Shown: in pieces, positions 56,420 through 64,000 of the stretch | Layout: every line of letters starts with the position of its first letter | Position numbering within the stretch: position 1 is the first letter of the stretch | Assembly (NCBI GenBank): GCA_003104935.1 | Contig: PQAE01000012.1 | Location: 4,988-68,987, forward strand | Length of the DNA stretch: 64,000 nucleotides | Source: Parcubacteria group bacterium | GTDB lineage: Bacteria; Patescibacteriota; Patescibacteriia; UBA1558; GWA2-36-10 | Direction of reading: 5' to 3' | Notes under the pieces: model-generated | Database searches by the model: none | Seen by the model: the letters and a program-made list of their open reading frames with translations, nothing else | What the model was told of the DNA's origin: nothing | Program-made: the position numbers and the translations under genes

Positions 56420-57340
56420 CTAAATTATTAATTGAACTTCCTCCTGCAATTGCACCCCGTATTCATCCCTAATCTGCTGTTTGATAAAGCTAATCAAGGT
56501 GATGACATCGTCCGCCGTAGCCTGCCCGGTATTTACTATATAATTCGCGTGTTTTTCCGAGATCTGGGCACCGCCAATTGTCTTGCCCTTGAGGCCTAAA
56601 TGGTCAATGAGGTAGCCGGCCGGTATCTTCTGGAATTTTTCAAACTGTGTCGTATCTATACCTTTGGCCTGTAACTTGGTGACATCGACATCAGTCAGGT
56701 TTAAATTCTTGAAGATGCATCCGGCTGAAGGCTGATGGGGTTGGGTGTCTTGGCGATATTTCAAACGTTCGTCCACTAATTTCCTGGCCGCATCAATATC
56801 CCCTTTTTTAAACTCTAAATCCGCTTCCAGAATTAAATATTTTTTTTCCTTAAATATACTATGTCGATATTGAAACAGCGCTTCACTGGGCTTCATGCTC
56901 CGCAACTCGTACTTTTCATCCAAAAATCTGACTTCGGTCAGCACATCAGCCATAGACTGGCCATAGGTGCCGGCATTACCGCGGATCGCTCCCCCCACAG
57001 TGCCGGGGATGCCGGCCATAAACTCCAAGCCGACCAGATCCCTATCCAAAGTTTGATTTATCAAATAACTGACGACAACTCCGGCACCGGCAGTCGCAGT
57101 TTCACCCCTGATCTCCAATCTGTCTAAACCAAGCTTGATCACTAGACCGCGAAACCCCTGGTCGGAGATAACTATATTACTCCCTCCGCCAAGAGGCAAT
57201 ATATTTTGTTTATTCTCCTTGGCCCACTTGACCGCTTCCAAAACTTCGTCAATATTTTTTACCTCTATAAAATAATCCGTTGGTCCGCCGATCTGGAAAG
57301 TGGTGTATTTGCTTAGAGCTATATTTTTTTTAAATTTCAT
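56420..57340 (-). CDS. murB: UDP-N-acetylenolpyruvoylglucosamine reductase
   Basis: FAD-binding N-terminus (YTT..IGG...Y). 306 aa. Confidence 0.85.
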   Translation of the reverse strand: MKFKKNIALSKYTTFQIGGPTDYFIEVKNIDEVLEAVKWAKENKQNILPLGGGSNIVISDQGFRGLVIKLGLDRLEIRGETATAGAGVVVSYLINQTLDRDLVGLEFMAGIPGTVGGAIRGNAGTYGQSMADVLTEVRFLDEKYELRSMKPSEALFQYRHSIFKEKKYLILEADLEFKKGDIDAARKLVDERLKYRQDTQPHQPSAGCIFKNLNLTDVDVTKLQAKGIDTTQFEKFQKIPAGYLIDHLGLKGKTIGGAQISEKHANYIVNTGQATADDVITLISFIKQQIRDEYGVQLQEEVQLII

Positions 57341-58110
57341 AAATTACATTTTATCCACCTAAAAACAATCTGATACAACTCCTCAATTTCATGATCGCGC
57401 TTAAAAGTATGATCTGCGCCTTTAACTATATGCCACTCTTTTTTACCGGACAAGGCATCAAAATATATTCTATTATTTTCGGTCAGGAAATCGTTTTCGC
57501 CTAGAACAAATAAAGTCGGGATTTTAATAACTGAAAGTTTTGGCCTGAGGTCATACTTAACCGTATCCGCTTCATATTGGTTCCATTTCAATTTCTTGAT
57601 CACCCCCGGTTTACTACTGCTGGGACGCACTTGATATCCCGTACGTCGCCACTCGGCAACTTCTTTATGGTCACGCGCCTCGATAGTCAACCGACCGGCT
57701 AAAACCGTACCCAGCGGTGCTAACATACTGACGTTGTCGGGATATTTTTCAGCATAATAAGATACACAAAAACCCCCTAAACTGTGCCCTACCAAAGCAA
57801 ATGGTTTCACAAACCACTTCTGCTGATCGGCCCAATTTATTACATCCTCCAAATCCTCATAATAGTTAGTAATATTGGCGTCCTCATAACTTCCTTCACT
57901 TTGACCAAGTGTATGGGTCGTATCAAAACGAACAACGTTAAAATTATTTTCATTAAAAGCTCTGGCGACGGCGGCAATATGTTTTTGTTCCTTAAACCCC
58001 CCTAAACCATGCATAATAAAAACCAAGCCTTTGGCATCTTCCACTATATTCAGCAATACCGCGATTTTTTTATTACCTCTATTTTTTATAAATATCTTCT
58101 CTGTTTTCAT
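57337..58110 (-). CDS. alpha/beta-fold hydrolase (esterase/lipase-like)
   Basis: GHSLGG nucleophile elbow. Confidence 0.7.
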   Translation of the reverse strand: MKTEKIFIKNRGNKKIAVLLNIVEDAKGLVFIMHGLGGFKEQKHIAAVARAFNENNFNVVRFDTTHTLGQSEGSYEDANITNYYEDLEDVINWADQQKWFVKPFALVGHSLGGFCVSYYAEKYPDNVSMLAPLGTVLAGRLTIEARDHKEVAEWRRTGYQVRPSSSKPGVIKKLKWNQYEADTVKYDLRPKLSVIKIPTLFVLGENDFLTENNRIYFDALSGKKEWHIVKGADHTFKRDHEIEELYQIVFRWIKCNL

Positions 58111-59474
58111 TTCACTATTTCTCTAGCCAAATTATCGATGTCCCCGGCACCAATGAATAATAATACAGAATTAACCGGATTGATATCTTTCAATATTGTT
58201 CTGACAGTCTTAAAATCAGGCGCATAGTACTTTTTGGCATGATTTATCTTGTCCACCAAATCCCGACTGCTGATGCTGTCCGTCTCAGCTTCATCGCGGC
58301 CACTGACTCCGTAAATCTCGGTAACTATGACCTGATCGGCCAGATAAAAACTCTGCGCAAATTCGTTTAGCAAGGTGCGAGTACGGTTGTGATGATGGGG
58401 CTGGAAAATGGCCATTATTTTCTTATCCGGATAAAAATCTTTGGCGGCTCGCAGTAATCCTTGGATGGAGTCGGGGTGATGGGCATAATCCGAAATGACA
58501 ATATTGGTCTTATGCTCCCCCACTTTTTCGAAACGCCGCCAGGTGCTCTTAAAGTCGTTAAGCGCGTTCCACAATTGGTGTTTATTTACCTTGAGAAAGT
58601 CGGCCACCGCCGCGGCGGCTACAGTATTATAGATATTATATTTGCCCGGCAGGTGTAATTCAATATCGGATAATAGCCTGGTCTTTTTATAAATCTTGAA
58701 TTTCTGAACGCCGTCGATAATCTTCACATCGCCAAAACGATAATCGGCGGCTGGATCAACACCGAAGGTTTTGAGCCGCCGCGGCGATTTTATGTCCGCG
58801 CTATTTTTATCATCAATGTTTTTTATCAGCAAACCGTTTTTTGGTAATTTGTCGGCAAATTTCTGAAAGTGATTTTGGATATCACGCAGGTCTTTGAAAT
58901 AATCCAGGTGATCTTCGGCCACGTTGGTTAAAACAATCACCTGGGGATTGATCTCCAGCATGTGCGCCTGCCATTCACAAGCCTCTACTACCAATATCTT
59001 TGATTTACCCAGACGGAAATTACTGCCCCACTGCGGCACTAGAGACCCCACGATGACAGTGGGATCTAATCCCGCTTTTTCCAAGATTAAGCCCAACATG
59101 GCTGTGGTTGTGGTCTTGCCGTTGGTGCCGGCCACCGCAATGGTCTGATACTCTTTACTCATCAGTCCTAAATATTGAAAATAACTATAGCAAGGTATGT
59201 TTAACTCTCGAGCGCGAACCAGCTCCGCGTGGGTTTCCGGTAGCGCGGAAGAGTAAAGAAATAAATCAATGTCCGGGGTAATATTTACAGCTTTTTGTTT
59301 AAAATTAATCAACAAGCCTTTATCCGACAACCGCTTCGTAACTTCTGAATGTTGCAAATCTGAACCCTTGACTTCCTTACCTAAGTCCAGGAAATAATAA
59401 GCTAGCGCGGACAGGCCAATACCGCCGATGCCGGCCAGGTAAACTTTCTTTATATTGTTTAAATCAATGGTCAT
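58107..59474 (-). CDS. murC: UDP-N-acetylmuramate--L-alanine ligase (start at internal MTIDLNN)
   Basis: Mur ligase motifs (GIGG.G.S..A, GTNGKTTT). The longer track ORF extends into the upstream GC-rich element. Confidence 0.85.
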   Translation of the reverse strand: MTIDLNNIKKVYLAGIGGIGLSALAYYFLDLGKEVKGSDLQHSEVTKRLSDKGLLINFKQKAVNITPDIDLFLYSSALPETHAELVRARELNIPCYSYFQYLGLMSKEYQTIAVAGTNGKTTTTAMLGLILEKAGLDPTVIVGSLVPQWGSNFRLGKSKILVVEACEWQAHMLEINPQVIVLTNVAEDHLDYFKDLRDIQNHFQKFADKLPKNGLLIKNIDDKNSADIKSPRRLKTFGVDPAADYRFGDVKIIDGVQKFKIYKKTRLLSDIELHLPGKYNIYNTVAAAAVADFLKVNKHQLWNALNDFKSTWRRFEKVGEHKTNIVISDYAHHPDSIQGLLRAAKDFYPDKKIMAIFQPHHHNRTRTLLNEFAQSFYLADQVIVTEIYGVSGRDEAETDSISSRDLVDKINHAKKYYAPDFKTVRTILKDINPVNSVLLFIGAGDIDNLAREIVK

Positions 59475-59630
59475 TTTCTCTGATCGCCCATTCCCGCCGA
59501 GCCTGAGGCGAGATGCGGGAATCCAGCAAACTAACACTATCCCTAATTGGCTGGATCCCCGGGTCTCCACCTACTCTGCCAGCTGGCGGATTCGGCGGAC
59601 AGGAAGCCCGAGGATGGACAAAATATTTGA
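59475..59630. other. GC-rich (about 58%) ORF-free structured element between the GIY-YIG gene and murC
   Basis: 11-bp stem GGGGAUCCAGC...GCUGGAUUCCC on the minus strand. Other features include the palindromic GCCAGCTGGC and the CCCGC...GCGGG stem. Could be a structured murC leader or a small RNA. Confidence 0.3.
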
Positions 59631-59918
59631 TTAAAGATCGTAATACAAATCTTTCCAATAAGGGTTATCTTTCTCGATTAACTTTATTTTCCAACCCCTA
59701 TTCCACTTCTTTATCTGTTTTTCTCTCCATCGGGACGAATCTCTGTGTTCATATATTTCGAAATACACGAGTTTATCAACATTATACCTCTCTGTAAAAC
59801 CTTTCACTAATTTGTCCTTATGTTCATAAACTCTCTTTTCCAAGTCATCAGTAGATCCAATATAAATAGTACCGTTCCTCCGACTTGCTAAAATATAAAC
59901 ATAATACTGCTGATCCAT
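59631..59918 (-). CDS. GIY-YIG nuclease family protein (small, YhbQ-like)
   Basis: YYVYIL....G.IYIGST.DL..R..EH GIY-YIG signature. 95 aa. Confidence 0.7.
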   Translation of the reverse strand: MDQQYYVYILASRRNGTIYIGSTDDLEKRVYEHKDKLVKGFTERYNVDKLVYFEIYEHRDSSRWREKQIKKWNRGWKIKLIEKDNPYWKDLYYDL

Positions 59919-59936
59919 CGCTTTTCTTCATAAAAG

Positions 59937-60959
59937 CTACTTATTTAGTACGCTGTCAATCAACTCCGCATATTTCTTCTGCCAATTTCTGGGAAAGATA
60001 TTATATAGATTTTGGCCTAATTCCAATCGCAATTTATCACTATCGGTCAGTTTTGACAAATAACGATTCATAATATGTTTAGAACCCTGCTTTACTACAT
60101 AGGCGGCGTTGTGCCGGGCAAAAAAGGCGGCATTTTTTTCCTGATGGCTGTCGGTAATGGGAATCAGAATCAAGGCCTTCTTTAAGGCCGCGGCTTCACT
60201 TATCAGCGACATGCCGGCACGGGAAATAATAATATCGGCCGTAGCCAAAAGCTCGCCCATCTGTTCGGTCACAAATTGATAAGGAAAATAATTCGGACAA
60301 TCCAGTCGCTGATCCCAGTTTTTCTCTCCCAAGATATGATGGACATCGTATTTCTGGCAAAGCTCGGGGATAAACTGACCGACAAAATTATTCATCCCCC
60401 GTGCTCCCAGACCGCCGCCGGTAATCAATATTCTCGGTCGCGCTACCGGCAACGTTTTGACAATTCGCACCGGATTACCGGTCACTACTACTTTAGATGT
60501 TTTAAAATATTTCGCCTGCTCCTTAAAGACGACGCTGATTTTTTCGGCCAAGGGCGCCATCATCTTATTGGACAAACCTATTTCCAAATCTTGCTGATGA
60601 ATCACCACTGGGATTTTTAAAAACCAGGCGGCTACGGCGACGGGCACAGCGACAAAACTACCGGCTGTCAGTATCAGATCGGGTCTAAACTTTTTTAAGA
60701 TATTTATGCCTTGTACTACCGCCACCAGAGCCTTAAAGGAATCTATAAAATTGCGTAAGGAAAAGTATCGGCGTAGCTTAGCGCTACTAATAGATTTAAA
60801 ATCTATTCCGGACGCGGCTACCGCTTCTCTTTCCGGACCAGTCGCTGTACCGACAAACAAATACTGGGCGGCATAATTCTGGGCAATGGCCAATAGCGGA
60901 CTGACCGATCCCATAGTGCCGCCGCCGGCCAAAATAATTTTTGGCTTAAATTCTGGCAT
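59937..60959 (-). CDS. murG: undecaprenyldiphospho-muramoylpentapeptide beta-N-acetylglucosaminyltransferase
   Basis: ILAGGGTMGSV N-terminus. GT28 C-terminal domain. Confidence 0.85.
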   Translation of the reverse strand: MPEFKPKIILAGGGTMGSVSPLLAIAQNYAAQYLFVGTATGPEREAVAASGIDFKSISSAKLRRYFSLRNFIDSFKALVAVVQGINILKKFRPDLILTAGSFVAVPVAVAAWFLKIPVVIHQQDLEIGLSNKMMAPLAEKISVVFKEQAKYFKTSKVVVTGNPVRIVKTLPVARPRILITGGGLGARGMNNFVGQFIPELCQKYDVHHILGEKNWDQRLDCPNYFPYQFVTEQMGELLATADIIISRAGMSLISEAAALKKALILIPITDSHQEKNAAFFARHNAAYVVKQGSKHIMNRYLSKLTDSDKLRLELGQNLYNIFPRNWQKKYAELIDSVLNK

Positions 60960-62145
60960 AACCGGTGTATTTGGAAATATTGGCCAGGATACCCATAGCC
61001 GCCAGACTGACCGCCAGATTTGACCCTCCCAGCGAAATAAATGTCAAAGGCACGCCGGTCATGGGCAATAAATTGGTCATGCCGGCGATATTGATAAATA
61101 TCTGAACCGCTAGCCAGACGGTGATGCCGATAGCAGTCAATTTGGCAAAATTATCCTCGGAATGCCGAGCAATTTTAAAACCGCGGAAAATAAGAATAAC
61201 AAACAATAACAAGAAAATTGCAGTAAAAACAAAGCCGATTTCCTCCGAAATTATCGGAAAAATAGAATCGTTGGCCGGCTGGGGCAAATACGATTTTTGG
61301 CGCGATGAACCTAGACCAACACCAAACCAACCGCCCGAACCGATGGCAATCAAAGACTGCTTAATCTGCCAGCCGGCACCTTGCGGATCTAAATCGGGAT
61401 GGAGCCAAACTAAAATTCGGCTCATCCGATAAGCGGCAAACTTAATCATCGTTACTAAAAAAATCGAGCCGGCAACTACGATAATCCCTAAATGCTTCCA
61501 TTTGGCGCCGGCCGCAAAATACATAGCTAAGGAAACCAAGACGATAATGCTCAAGGTGCCGATATCCGGCTGTAAAATAATCAACAGGCAGATCGTAGCC
61601 AATAAAAATATAAAAGGGAGAAAACCGGTAGACCAATCACCAACTTTTCGGCCCAGGCGATCACACCAACCAGCCAAAAATAAAATATAAAATAACTTGA
61701 CCAGCTCGCTGGGTTGAAATGAAAAATTTCCTAAAACAATCCAGGAGCGCGCCGTTCCATAATGATTCACAAAATTACTGATAAAAACCAAACCGAGTAA
61801 TGCCAGAGAACCGAGTAAAAAAAGCGGCGCCATCCGGCGGTACCAGTCAAAATTTATCCTAATGCAAATATAAAATAATATCGCCCCGATAAGCAATCCA
61901 TGAACTAGTTGTTGTTTAACATAAAAATAAGTATCGCCAAACTTATAAAAAGCCATAGTGGAAGAGGCCGATGACAAAAATAACAGACCCATGAAAAGTA
62001 GCACTCCCAAAATCACCAGGAGCACAAAGTCCGGCTGGTGCCCCTGCCCCCGCCGCGGTATAAATGGTTCTAGGAACCAGGAGATGATTTCGCTACGACG
62101 CTTTCTGACCATAATATAATTTTTCAAATTGCCGCGCCCGGTCAA
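60946..62145 (-). CDS. ftsW: SEDS family peptidoglycan glycosyltransferase (FtsW/RodA)
   Basis: 10-TM SEDS topology with conserved loops. Positioned between murD and murG. Confidence 0.8.
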   Translation of the reverse strand: MTGRGNLKNYIMVRKRRSEIISWFLEPFIPRRGQGHQPDFVLLVILGVLLFMGLLFLSSASSTMAFYKFGDTYFYVKQQLVHGLLIGAILFYICIRINFDWYRRMAPLFLLGSLALLGLVFISNFVNHYGTARSWIVLGNFSFQPSELVKLFYILFLAGWCDRLGRKVGDWSTGFLPFIFLLATICLLIILQPDIGTLSIIVLVSLAMYFAAGAKWKHLGIIVVAGSIFLVTMIKFAAYRMSRILVWLHPDLDPQGAGWQIKQSLIAIGSGGWFGVGLGSSRQKSYLPQPANDSIFPIISEEIGFVFTAIFLLLFVILIFRGFKIARHSEDNFAKLTAIGITVWLAVQIFINIAGMTNLLPMTGVPLTFISLGGSNLAVSLAAMGILANISKYTGYARI

Positions 62146-63502
62146 ATTCGTTGATAAACATATTGAAACTTGTCGCGGCCGGCGAAAACAAAATAATACT
62201 CTGATTTTTTACCGCCTCTGTCCAAGCCAACTGCCAGGCATTTCTCAAGGTCTTGACCGCAACTCTTAAATTGCCAGCGGGAAATGATAATCGGCGCAGC
62301 TCCCGTTGTAGTTTGATGCTACCCGTACCGTCTAATAAAACTAAAAATTTAACCTGCTTTTTTATCTGCCGAGCCAAGGCCCGGTAGTCCAGTTTCTTGT
62401 CCATACCGCCGGCGATCAATACCACGGATTTGTCAGCCAAGGCCTGCAAAGCGGCCAAGGCGGCATCCGGTGTCGTGGAAGTAGCGTCATTATAGACGGC
62501 GACATTTCTTTTTTTACCTAAGTACTCCAGGCGATATTTAATTCCGCAAAATTTACTAACCACCAAACTAATATTTTTGTTGCTAATCTTCATCAGCTTA
62601 GCCACCGTAATGGCCGCTAAAATGTTTGAAAGATTATGCGCGCCGATTAATTTTATTCTTTTTACCGGCATGACTAACTCCGTTTTGCTTTTGTCAAAAA
62701 AATAAATCTGCCCCTGCCGAACAAAAGTGCCGCGCACCTTATGCTCTAAAGAAAAAAAATAAAACCGCGACGATATTTTTTTGGAAAATTCTCGGGTATT
62801 TTTGTTGTCAAAATTTAAAACTGCGCAATCTCCGGACTTCTGATATTTAACCAGGGCAAACTTGGCACTGCGATATTCACTAAAATTTCTATATCTATTC
62901 AGGTGATCCTCTAAAACATTAGTAATGACAGCGATTGGCGGAGAAAAATGTTGCTCATCCAGAGATTCCAACTGCCAGCTGGACAGTTCCAATACTGGAA
63001 AGGAACGGGTGTTTAATTTATCGGCCACGGCCATCATGCCTTGCGTCGCGATATTGCCCGCCAAAACATGGCTTTTTATCTTGGTTTTTAGCAATTGATG
63101 GATCAGGGTACAGGTGGTAGATTTACCGCGCGTGCCGGTGACGCCGATAACCGGTCCCGGAAAAACGCTAAAAAACAAAGTAGCTTCATTGATGATCCGC
63201 GCTCCTGATTTTTTAGCCCGCGCCAAATAAGGCGAACTGTTGGGTACACCCGGATTTTTTATCACTACATCCTGACCGCAAAAATCCTGATAATCATGGC
63301 GCCCTAAAGTATATTTGATTTTTTTAGCGCCCGGTACTTTTTTTAATTTGCTTAAACTGGCGCGCAGTTGCACGGCTGTTTTTAGATCGGTAACAGTCAA
63401 TCGGGCGCCGTGGCGACAAAACCACTCGGCCACCGATAAACCGCCCTGATTAAGCCCCAGTCCCATGACCAGGACTTTTTTGCCGCGCCAGCTCTTTACC
63501 AT
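62093..63502 (-). CDS. murD: UDP-N-acetylmuramoylalanine--D-glutamate ligase
   Basis: Mur ligase central domain with GVTGTRGKSTT. Confidence 0.85.
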   Translation of the reverse strand: MVKSWRGKKVLVMGLGLNQGGLSVAEWFCRHGARLTVTDLKTAVQLRASLSKLKKVPGAKKIKYTLGRHDYQDFCGQDVVIKNPGVPNSSPYLARAKKSGARIINEATLFFSVFPGPVIGVTGTRGKSTTCTLIHQLLKTKIKSHVLAGNIATQGMMAVADKLNTRSFPVLELSSWQLESLDEQHFSPPIAVITNVLEDHLNRYRNFSEYRSAKFALVKYQKSGDCAVLNFDNKNTREFSKKISSRFYFFSLEHKVRGTFVRQGQIYFFDKSKTELVMPVKRIKLIGAHNLSNILAAITVAKLMKISNKNISLVVSKFCGIKYRLEYLGKKRNVAVYNDATSTTPDAALAALQALADKSVVLIAGGMDKKLDYRALARQIKKQVKFLVLLDGTGSIKLQRELRRLSFPAGNLRVAVKTLRNAWQLAWTEAVKNQSIILFSPAATSFNMFINEFDRARQFEKLYYGQKAS

Positions 63503-64000
63503 AAGCGCAGGTCAATGATAGCAATGATAAGTCCCAGGACCGCCATCACTCCGGAGATAATCCAAAAACGCATCACTACCTTAGTTTCCGGCCAGCCCTT
63601 AGCCTCAAAATGATGGTGGATAGGCGTGGACAAAAAAACTTTTTTCTTACGGATTTTTTTTGACATCATCTGAATCAACACTGACAACGATTCCAACATA
63701 AATAAAAATCCGACCACCAGAAGCAAAAGCGGATAACCGGTAAGCATGGCCACGATGCCCAAAGAAATCCCCAAGGACATAGCGCCGGTATCACCCATAA
63801 AAAAGCGGGCGGGATTGATATTAAACCACAGAAAAGATAAAAGTGTGCCGCAGATCACGCCACAAAAAGCGGCCAGATCAAAACGGCCCTGGAGAAAAGC
63901 GATAGTGCCAAAGGCGGCAAAAGAAGTCAGGCATAATCCCCCGGCCAGACCGTCCAGACCATCCGCTTCATTGACGGAAAAAGCCGTGCCGACTATCACG
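63496..64000 (-). CDS. mraY: phospho-N-acetylmuramoyl-pentapeptide transferase (C-terminal part; gene continues past the window end)
   Basis: NADGLDGLA and HHHFE motifs. The ORF is open at the window edge. Confidence 0.75.
   Translation of the reverse strand, partial: VIVGTAFSVNEADGLDGLAGGLCLTSFAAFGTIAFLQGRFDLAAFCGVICGTLLSFLWFNINPARFFMGDTGAMSLGISLGIVAMLTGYPLLLLVVGFLFMLESLSVLIQMMSKKIRKKKVFLSTPIHHHFEAKGWPETKVVMRFWIISGVMAVLGLIIAIIDLRLW

Noticed and set aside
59475-59630. Calling the GC-rich element upstream of murC a bacterial small SRP RNA (4.5S)
   Set aside because: It contains AGCUGGCAG-like and GGAAGC fragments. The conserved helix-8 GNRA tetraloop with flanking AGG/AGCAG internal loop could not be aligned on either strand.
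822-62000. Numerous 60-230-aa antisense or overlapping ORFs in the track. Examples are 822-1166(-), 2016-2536(-), 7743-8243(-), 13019-13702(-), 29199-29847, 33583-33885(-), 44783-45244(+), 47982-48320(+), 48981-49391(+) and 61121-61432(+).
   Set aside because: Each lies wholly inside a well-supported gene on the opposite strand or in another frame. None has an RBS and the compositions are biased. They are treated as spurious.
1-64000. CRISPR arrays, rRNA genes, IS elements, transposases and prophage blocks
   Set aside because: No direct-repeat/spacer periodicity, no rRNA-like conserved stretches, no transposase or phage structural ORFs. The only recombinase is a single Xer-family gene in a housekeeping context.

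Overview
This window is a gene-dense segment that is mostly housekeeping. Background GC is low, around 40%. Gene content resembles a reduced-genome bacterium of the Candidate Phyla Radiation (Patescibacteria) type. Supporting features are an archaeal-type AMP phosphorylase, a SecD carrying a fused PPIase domain, an RpoA that lacks the alpha C-terminal domain, and many NUDIX-type nucleotide-sanitising genes. Recognisable genes include ddl, secDF, secA, alaS, hpf, mnmA, fmt and def. tRNA synthetases for Glu, Ser and Lys are present. There is a ribosomal-protein/rpoA/infA operon and a division/cell-wall cluster of mraY, murD, ftsW, murG, murC and murB. An approximately 8 kb envelope-glycan cluster encodes wzx, a wzy-like gene, three GT2 and two GT4 glycosyltransferases. 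Against this background there are several short GC-rich (about 50-58%), ORF-free stretches. Each has a consensus sigma70 promoter and an intrinsic terminator, so they look like structured RNA genes that I cannot assign to known families. The first is a roughly 240-nt leader with a 5'/3' closing helix and a tRNA T-arm-like hairpin, sitting upstream of a terminator and a small GC-rich ORF at 11.8-12.4 kb. The second is a roughly 370-nt RNA downstream of a Xer recombinase at 35.2-35.6 kb. The third is a tandem pair of promoter-to-terminator sRNA units at 51.6-52.2 kb. Those two units share an identical 11-nt hairpin loop on stems that covary. A GC-rich micro-islet at 42.8-43.7 kb encodes a 2-TM miniprotein. 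It also carries an operator-like perfect palindrome abutting a promoter, followed by a His-rich 85-aa protein and a 33-aa single-TM peptide. Other points of interest are an orphan TraG/VirD4-like ATPase with a zinc ribbon, paired with a 2-TM membrane protein and preceded by a sigma-region-4/HARE-HTH protein. A cluster of three NUDIX genes with Maf-like, ASCH and DUF1653 genes is present. A GIY-YIG gene and a GC-rich element are inserted inside the dcw cluster. A terminator-like hairpin lies in the infA leader. No CRISPR array, rRNA gene or clear canonical tRNA gene was seen.
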